From: Nibricoccus sp.
GTDB lineage: Bacteria; Verrucomicrobiota; Verrucomicrobiia; Opitutales; Opitutaceae
Reading direction: 5' to 3'
DNA: 64,000 nt
Assembly (NCBI GenBank): GCA_047602425.1
Contig: JASGHG010000001.1
Span: forward strand, 1,536,001 to 1,600,000
Under the pieces are notes generated by a model that was given only the letters and a program-made list of their open reading frames with translations, had not been told where the DNA came from and searched no databases. This document shows, one piece after another, positions 57,621 through 64,000 of this stretch (its first letter is position 1; the number at the start of each line of letters is the position of its first letter). The translations under genes were made by a program, and so were the position numbers.

Positions 57621-59735
57621 ATGTTTCGCACCTCCCGACCCCAGGGTTTGGTCCAAATGCTAGCGGTAGGTTTTTTGATCGTTGCGATCGCCGTCCGCTC
57701 GTTGGCCGAACCGACACCTGAAATCGCGCGCCAACGCATTTTCGAACTTCGCGCGCAGATCAAACATCATGATGCGCTCTATTTCCAAAAGGCGGCGCCA
57801 GAAATCAGCGATGCCGCTTATGATGCCTTAAAACGCGAATTGCGCGATTTGGAGCAGACTTATCCGGCGGAGGCCAAGACCGCTGTGCTCGCCGACGATC
57901 ATACGGATGGCTTCACCAAAGTGGTTCACCGCGTCCCGATGCTCAGTCTCGAAAAGGCGTACACCGAGACCGAACTCCGTGCGTTTTGCGACAGGATCGC
58001 CAAGTCGGCCGGAGACGTTGCGCGCTTCGTCATCGAGCCTAAAATCGACGGTCTCTCCGTGAACGCTGTCTACAAAAATGGTCGTTTCGAAAGCGCTTCG
58101 ACGCGTGGGAGCGGTCGCGAAGGCGATGACATCACCGCCAACGCATTGATGATCCGCCCACTGCCACGCGCACTCCGCACCACCAAACCTGACGGAACCG
58201 CCAACAATATTCCCACATTGATCGAGCTGCGCGGTGAAATCTACCTCTCGCACGCCGAATTCAACCGGTTGAATCGAGAACGTTACGCCGAAGGCGAACC
58301 GCCGCTTTCGCATCCCCGCAATGCCGCTGTTGGCACCATCAAGTCCCGCGACCCCAATGAAACCGCGGAGCGACATCTCGATATTGTTTTCTATGGCTTC
58401 GGCACTTGCGAGCCGGCGAACGCCACACCCGCCAGCCAGCAGGCGCTGCATGCGCAATTGCATGATTGGGGCCTGCCGGTTTTAGAAACCTTCACAACCG
58501 CCAAAAATACCGACGAAGTCTGGGCCGCGGTGAGGTCGCTCGGACAACGACGCGACAAACTCGCCGCACCCATTGACGGTGCGGTGATAAAACTCGACGA
58601 CGTTGCCTCTCGTACGCAGTTCGGCGATTCGGCTGAAGGTCCTCGCTGGGCCATTGCCTATAAATATCCCCCGGAGCGCGTCGCAACCCAACTGCGCGCC
58701 ATCACCCTTCAAGTCGGCCGCACCGGCGTCCTCACTCCCGTCGCCGAACTCGCACCCGTCGAACTGGCGGGCAGCACCATCGCAAGAGCCTCACTCCACA
58801 ATCGCGAACAGATCGCCCGCCTCGATCTTCGTCTTGGCGATACCGTTTACCTCGAAAAAGCCGGCGAAATCATTCCCGAGATCGTCGGTGTTGACCTCAC
58901 CCGCCGTCCGGCCATGAGTTCGCGCTATGCTTTCCCGCCGGATTGTCCGTCCTGTCATACGCCCGTTGTCAACGAGCAGGATATCTCGGCCGTGCGCTGC
59001 CCGAACTTCGATTGCCCCGCGCAACGGCAACGCCTGCTCTCTCATTTCGCGAGCAAAGCCGGCGTGAATATTGTCGGTCTTGGCGACAGCACACTTGCCG
59101 AACTTATCGCCAGAGACCTCATTCGCAACGCGGCCGATTTTTATGGATTGCAGAAAAGCGATTTACTGAAAATTCCCGGCTTGGGAGAAAAATCCACCGA
59201 CCAGTTGCTCAGCTCCATCGCTCGCAGCCGTCAGGCCGAGCTCTGGCGCTTCATCCATGGCCTCGGCATTCCGCAAGTTGGCCCCGCCACCGCCAAAACG
59301 CTGGCCCTTCGCTTCCATTCGCTGGAAAAACTGGCTGCCGCCAAGCGGGACGATTTACCTCCAGCTCTTGGTTCTTCGACCATCGACGCCGTCGAAGCAT
59401 TCATCGGCAGGCCGGAAAACCGGGCCTTGTTGCTTGCCCTCGACAAAGTTGTCCAACCCACGCAGGTCGCGGCGCACACCAACGACCTGTCAGGCAAAAT
59501 TTTCGTCCTCACCGGCCGTCTTCAGACTTTGTCGCGAGATGAAACCATCCGCCGGATCGAAGCCGCCGGCGGCCTCGTCCGCGACAGCGTGGGCAAAGCG
59601 ACCTCCTATGTCGTCGCGGGGGAAAACGCCGGGGAAAAGCTCACTAAAGCCAAAGCACTAAATATTCCGGTAATCGACGAAGGAGAATTGCTGCGACTTT
59701 TGGCCAACCCGCCGCCACCAGCGTCCGCTCAATAA
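57621..59735 (+). CDS. ligA: NAD+-dependent DNA ligase with an apparent N-terminal signal peptide
   Basis: Domain Ia LYF...PEISDAAYD, HRVPMLSL, KIDG, ELRGE, PRNAAVG, DGAVIK, PRWAIAYK, QVGRTG, four-Cys Zn finger, HhH repeats, BRCT. Hydrophobic leader MLAVGFLIVAIAVRSLA. Confidence 0.93.
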   Translation: MFRTSRPQGLVQMLAVGFLIVAIAVRSLAEPTPEIARQRIFELRAQIKHHDALYFQKAAPEISDAAYDALKRELRDLEQTYPAEAKTAVLADDHTDGFTKVVHRVPMLSLEKAYTETELRAFCDRIAKSAGDVARFVIEPKIDGLSVNAVYKNGRFESASTRGSGREGDDITANALMIRPLPRALRTTKPDGTANNIPTLIELRGEIYLSHAEFNRLNRERYAEGEPPLSHPRNAAVGTIKSRDPNETAERHLDIVFYGFGTCEPANATPASQQALHAQLHDWGLPVLETFTTAKNTDEVWAAVRSLGQRRDKLAAPIDGAVIKLDDVASRTQFGDSAEGPRWAIAYKYPPERVATQLRAITLQVGRTGVLTPVAELAPVELAGSTIARASLHNREQIARLDLRLGDTVYLEKAGEIIPEIVGVDLTRRPAMSSRYAFPPDCPSCHTPVVNEQDISAVRCPNFDCPAQRQRLLSHFASKAGVNIVGLGDSTLAELIARDLIRNAADFYGLQKSDLLKIPGLGEKSTDQLLSSIARSRQAELWRFIHGLGIPQVGPATAKTLALRFHSLEKLAAAKRDDLPPALGSSTIDAVEAFIGRPENRALLLALDKVVQPTQVAAHTNDLSGKIFVLTGRLQTLSRDETIRRIEAAGGLVRDSVGKATSYVVAGENAGEKLTKAKALNIPVIDEGELLRLLANPPPPASAQ

Positions 59736-60748
59736 CTCGTTTTACCAAGTTTCACCTTGCCGCGGAAGATCCAGTAAATGCTCACGCTGTAGGCCAGAAC
59801 GATTGGGATGCCAATGCACGCGATGGCCAGCATGATGCGCAGTGTCTTCTGGGAGGACGCGGCATTGTAGACGGTCAGGCTGTTCGCCGGGTTTGGCGCG
59901 CTAAAAATCAGGTTTGGAAACATGCCCACGCCGAAAAGCGACATGAGGCAGACCATCGCTCCGCATGAAGAAAGAAACGCCTGAAAGTCCAGCCCCTTGG
60001 TCACGCATCGAGGGATGTTCGCTATTGCCAGTACCGCCGTCACAACTATTCCAAAGAACCAAGGTTCGTGTTTGATCGCATCGGTGATGTGCGGCACGTA
60101 AAGCAGCGTCGCCAGCGTGAAAATCACGTACAAGACGACGAAATTGACGATTGCCGGATTGATCCACTTGCGCACACGGTCATGCAGCGCGCCTTCGGTC
60201 TTCATCAAAAGATAGATCGCGCCGTGCATGGCGAAAAGCGCCGCCGTCGTCAGCCCCATCATCAACGCATAGGGATGCAACAGCCCCAAAAACGTACCGG
60301 CGAATTCGTGCTCCGCGTCCAACGGCACGCCCCAGGCGATATTTCCCATCGCCACTCCGACAAGGAAAGACGACAACACACTGCCACCGGCAAAAGCGTA
60401 ATCCCACATCGTCCGCCACCATTTCATCGGCTGCTTGCTGCGAAACTCAATTGCCACCGCGCGAAAAATGAGGGCCACCAGCAACAGCATGAATGCGAGG
60501 TAAAATCCGGAAAAAACCGTGGCGTAGACCATGGGAAATGCGGCAAACAATGCGCCGCCGCCGGTGACGAGCCAGACCTCGTTGCCATCCCAAACCGGAC
60601 CGATGGCGTTGAGGAAGACGCGCCGATCCTCGTCGGTCCGCGCAATCAAATGCAACGCCCCCACGCCGAGATCGAAGCCATCGAGAATGGCGTACCCAGT
60701 GAAAAGGACGCCGACGAGAATGAACCAAAGAGTATTGAGATCAGGCAT
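59729..60748 (-). CDS. cydB: Cytochrome bd ubiquinol oxidase subunit II
   Basis: LDGFDLGVG, IGPVWDGNEVWL, LFAAFP, AIEFR, NAASS. Confidence 0.96.
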   Translation of the reverse strand: MPDLNTLWFILVGVLFTGYAILDGFDLGVGALHLIARTDEDRRVFLNAIGPVWDGNEVWLVTGGGALFAAFPMVYATVFSGFYLAFMLLLVALIFRAVAIEFRSKQPMKWWRTMWDYAFAGGSVLSSFLVGVAMGNIAWGVPLDAEHEFAGTFLGLLHPYALMMGLTTAALFAMHGAIYLLMKTEGALHDRVRKWINPAIVNFVVLYVIFTLATLLYVPHITDAIKHEPWFFGIVVTAVLAIANIPRCVTKGLDFQAFLSSCGAMVCLMSLFGVGMFPNLIFSAPNPANSLTVYNAASSQKTLRIMLAIACIGIPIVLAYSVSIYWIFRGKVKLGKTSY

Positions 60749-60758
60749 GATATTTGCC

Positions 60759-62129
60759 TCAGGTTATAGGTTCGTGTTTTGGTAACGCGAGTTTCCCGGC
60801 TTCATGCAGGTCACTCTCGTCGGGGCCGTGCGAGATCTTGTCGTTCAACAAATAGATAAAAAGTGCGAAAAGCAGCGCGTAGACCAAGGTGAACAACACG
60901 AGCGACGCCACGACGACTTCGCTGCGCACCACTTTCGACAGGCCTTCGGACGTGCGCAGCAAACCGTATACGATCCACGGTTGCCGTCCCACTTCGGCGG
61001 ACCACCAACCCACTTGATTCGCGATTTGCGGGCCCAGCACCGCGAAGACGAGCAACCATAAATACCAACGCTTCTCCAACAATACGCCACGCCACCACAA
61101 GAACGCGCCGATCAGACCGAGCCCGATGAGTGCAAATCCCACGGCAATCATGAGGTGATAAGTCTGGAAAACAAAATTTGCCGGCGGCCGGTCCGCAGGT
61201 TTGAACTCGTTGAGGCCGGTCACGGGTTTCGACGCATCACCGTAAACAAGCCAGCTCAACATGCCGGGGAACGCCACCCCGTGCGTCTCGCCATTTTTGG
61301 CGTCGACCCAACCAAAAGCATACAATGGCGCGGGCCCTGTTTCAAAATGTCCCTCGAAAGCGGCGAGCTTCGCCGGCTGATTTTTTGCGACGCCCGCAGC
61401 GCTATGGTGACCGGTGAAAAGCTGAAACAGGCTGACCGCCAGAATGAGCGCGAGTCCCAACTTTATGGATACACGCGCAAAATCGCGATGTCGTCCGCGC
61501 AAGGCGTAAAATGCTCCGACGCTCGCCACGAGCGTCGCCCCGGCCAGCCAGCACCCGCCCACTGTATGCGTGAGGCGATCGATCGACGATGGATTAAAAA
61601 CCATTTCCCAAAAATCGGTGACTTCCGCACGGGCGTTCATCCCTTCGCCCACGATGTGGTAGCCCGCCGGCGTTTGCTGCCACGAGTTTGCCACGATAAT
61701 CCACACCGCGCTGAAATGTGCGCCCAGTGCGACCATGCACGTGGCAAAAAAGTGCAGTTTGGGTCCCACGCGATCCCAACCGAACAACAACACAGCGAGA
61801 AAACCCGATTCGAGGAAGAAGGCGAAAATTCCCTCCGCCGCCAGCGCGCTGCCAAAGATGTCGCCGACATAGCGCGAATAGGTCGCCCAGTTCGTGCCAA
61901 ATTCAAATTCCATCACAATGCCCGAAGCCACGCCGATTGCAAAAGTCAGTGCAAAGACCTTCGTCCAGAATTTTGCCATCTGGTGGTAAAGCGGATTTTT
62001 AGTCTTCAGCCACAACCCTTCCAACACCACCAGCACCACGCCAAGCCCGATGCTCAATGGCGGATAGATGTAATGAAACGAAATCGTGAACGCGAACTGC
62101 AGACGCGAAAGCCAAAGGACGTGATCCAT
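60759..62129 (-). CDS. cydA: Cytochrome bd ubiquinol oxidase subunit I
   Basis: SRLQFA...[34 protein letters not shown]. Confidence 0.96.
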   Translation of the reverse strand: MDHVLWLSRLQFAFTISFHYIYPPLSIGLGVVLVVLEGLWLKTKNPLYHQMAKFWTKVFALTFAIGVASGIVMEFEFGTNWATYSRYVGDIFGSALAAEGIFAFFLESGFLAVLLFGWDRVGPKLHFFATCMVALGAHFSAVWIIVANSWQQTPAGYHIVGEGMNARAEVTDFWEMVFNPSSIDRLTHTVGGCWLAGATLVASVGAFYALRGRHRDFARVSIKLGLALILAVSLFQLFTGHHSAAGVAKNQPAKLAAFEGHFETGPAPLYAFGWVDAKNGETHGVAFPGMLSWLVYGDASKPVTGLNEFKPADRPPANFVFQTYHLMIAVGFALIGLGLIGAFLWWRGVLLEKRWYLWLLVFAVLGPQIANQVGWWSAEVGRQPWIVYGLLRTSEGLSKVVRSEVVVASLVLFTLVYALLFALFIYLLNDKISHGPDESDLHEAGKLALPKHEPIT

Positions 62130-62268
62130 GAGTCCTTGAAAAAAGGATCCCCACCTCAGAGCACAACTCGCGTCCAGCCTTAGTAAAAGGAGTAATCCGC
62201 ATTATTAACTCATCCGCCGGGCGGGGGTGGAATCTTCGCACACCCTCCGTCCAAAAACGACCCAGAAG

Positions 62269-62375
62269 GTTTGTCATCTATTAAATGACAAACACCTCTG
62301 GTCCCAGCGGAAGGATTTTACTGCACAAAAAAATCCCCGGAACGTTTGTCATTTAATAGATGACAAACGTTCCGG
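62269..62375. repeat. Two TTTGTCAT-N7-ATGACAAA palindromes upstream of cydA
   Basis: GTTTGTCATCTATTAAATGACAAAC (62269-62293) and CCGGAACGTTTGTCAT-TTAATAG-ATGACAAACGTTCCGG (62337-62375, 16-bp perfect arms). Confidence 0.88.
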
Positions 62376-62425
62376 CCAAAACTTGCCGCGGCCACTCCAC
62401 GAGGGGCGAGAGTTCGTGGGTCGCT

Positions 62426-64000
62426 TTAGCTCAGGACGCCGCCTTTGCTGGCGTTGGCCACGAGCTTGCGGTAGCGGGCAAGCCAGCCGTTGAGTTCGCG
62501 CCGAACCGGTTGCCAGGTCTTACGACGCTCTTCGAGCACCGCTTTGTCGACGAGGATGTCGATGCGGCGGCCATTGAAATCGATGCGCAGGCGATCGCCT
62601 TCCTTGAGCAAACCGATCGGGCCGCCTTCCGCCGCTTCCGGCGAAACATGGCCAATGCAAGCGCCGGCCGTGCCGCCGCTGAAACGTCCGTCGGTGATCA
62701 GCGCAACTTTGTCACCCAAGCCCATACCGACAATGTAACTCGTGGGCGAAAGCATTTCCTGCATGCCCGGGCCGCCGCGCGGTCCTTCGTTGCGGATGAT
62801 CACGATGTCACCGGCTTTCACTTTGCCGGCTAGAATGCCGGCGCAGGCGTCGTCCTGGCTTTCGAAAATCACGGTCGGACCTTCGAAGACAAAATCGTCG
62901 CCGCAATTGGCTTTGAAGGCATCGCTGATTCCCGCGGTTTTCACGACCGAACCTTCAGGTGCAAGATCTCCGTAAAGAATCGAGAGGCCGCCGTCCTTCG
63001 TGTACGCGCGATCCGCCGAGCGGATACAATGCTGTGCGTCGAAGCGGAATGCCGGGTCGTGCGGCATGAGACCGGCCGGTTTCGCCACAGCAAAATTCTT
63101 CGGATCGTAGTCGTGCGCAGCGCGCGCGATCGTGCCAGCCGTGTGCAGGCGCGGCGCGCGGAGCAGACAGTGGATTTTTTTCTCACCGGTCTTTTCGTAC
63201 TGCCAGATGATGAGCGTCGGCGTGCCGCGCACTTCGGCGAGTTCGGCGCGGACGAGGCCACGGAACTCGACAAATTTCGGCTTGAGGCCCGCTTCGATTT
63301 CGAGCGCACCGTGCCAAGTGTTGGATGAGTCGACTTCGAGTTCGCCTTTCGTGCCGAACAAGGCGCCACAGGCAGCGGCGTCGCCGGCGTTGAAAGCTGC
63401 GGCAAAACGCCAGAGCGCAATCGCGCGATCGTCGGCGGGATGGAAGAGCATCGGCTTCGGGATCAAGTTGCCCGACGCAGTGCGTGCGGCCGGACCCATT
63501 TTGTCGTTCGGGTCGAGCACGAGCGCGGAAGCGCCGGAAACGCGCGTGATGCGCGCCTCGTCGGTGCAGGACGGCGAGCGGAGATCCCATGCGTCGATAT
63601 TTTCGCCCAACGTTTTACCCGTGACGGTCAGGCATTCGGTCTTGAGCGCGCCCATGCGTTTGAGTTCGCCAAGGATCGTGTGAATGCCACCGGCGCGATG
63701 AACGTCCTGAATATGATAGTCGGACGACGGCGAAACTTTGCAGAGGCACGGCACGCGACGCGAAATGCCATCGATGCGCGCGATATCGTACTCGATGCCG
63801 GCCTCGCGGGCGATGGCGAGCGTGTGGAGCACGGTGTTGGTCGAGCCGCCCATGGCGACGTCAAGCGCGAGCGCATTGTCGAACGCGTCAAGTGTGGCGA
63901 TATCGCGTGGTTTAAGATCGCGCTTCACGAGTTCCACGATCTGCTTCGCAGCGCGGCGGTAGAGTTGCTCACGTTCTTTCGAAACGGCGAGAATTGTACC
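62426..64000 (-). CDS. ilvD: Dihydroxy-acid dehydratase (5' part outside the window) with a large internal insertion
   Basis: [62 protein letters not shown]. The frame stays open to the edge ([21 protein letters not shown]). Confidence 0.95.
   Translation of the reverse strand, partial: GTILAVSKEREQLYRRAAKQIVELVKRDLKPRDIATLDAFDNALALDVAMGGSTNTVLHTLAIAREAGIEYDIARIDGISRRVPCLCKVSPSSDYHIQDVHRAGGIHTILGELKRMGALKTECLTVTGKTLGENIDAWDLRSPSCTDEARITRVSGASALVLDPNDKMGPAARTASGNLIPKPMLFHPADDRAIALWRFAAAFNAGDAAACGALFGTKGELEVDSSNTWHGALEIEAGLKPKFVEFRGLVRAELAEVRGTPTLIIWQYEKTGEKKIHCLLRAPRLHTAGTIARAAHDYDPKNFAVAKPAGLMPHDPAFRFDAQHCIRSADRAYTKDGGLSILYGDLAPEGSVVKTAGISDAFKANCGDDFVFEGPTVIFESQDDACAGILAGKVKAGDIVIIRNEGPRGGPGMQEMLSPTSYIVGMGLGDKVALITDGRFSGGTAGACIGHVSPEAAEGGPIGLLKEGDRLRIDFNGRRIDILVDKAVLEERRKTWQPVRRELNGWLARYRKLVANASKGGVLS

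Noticed and set aside
63040..63590. Intein in IlvD
   Set aside because: No C/S start with a His-Asn end followed by C/S/T, and no LAGLIDADG motif; the insert sits in a known variable linker.

Overview
GC-rich (roughly 60% by eye), gene-dense bacterial chromosome window. The gene content and protein families suggest Opitutaceae/Verrucomicrobiota; this is an inference, not a database match. It holds about 55 CDS and one tRNA-Arg(CCT). The CDS cover plant-polysaccharide enzymes (CE8, GH28, GH51, GH144-like, DUF1080) and a TonB-dependent receptor. Housekeeping genes include folP-folB-folK-pabB-pabC, thiMED, modABC, cydAB, proA, prmB, prmC, prc and a partial ilvD. There is also an AlgI/AlgJ-like pair, a MacAB-like ABC exporter and several regulators. 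I saw no transposase, integrase, phage gene, rRNA or CRISPR array. The most unusual observations are: (1) an intact NAD+-dependent DNA ligase that appears to carry a Sec signal peptide, divergent from a phosphate-porin-like gene; (2) IlvD with a roughly 140-aa SnoaL-like insertion; (3) a receiver domain fused to a HicB-like module; (4) a sulfatase homolog and two rhomboid homologs lacking catalytic residues; (5) two candidate structured RNAs or leaders; and (6) at least four families of short intergenic repeats. All family assignments come from recalled motifs; no searches were run. Start codons were adjusted by eye and are approximate.
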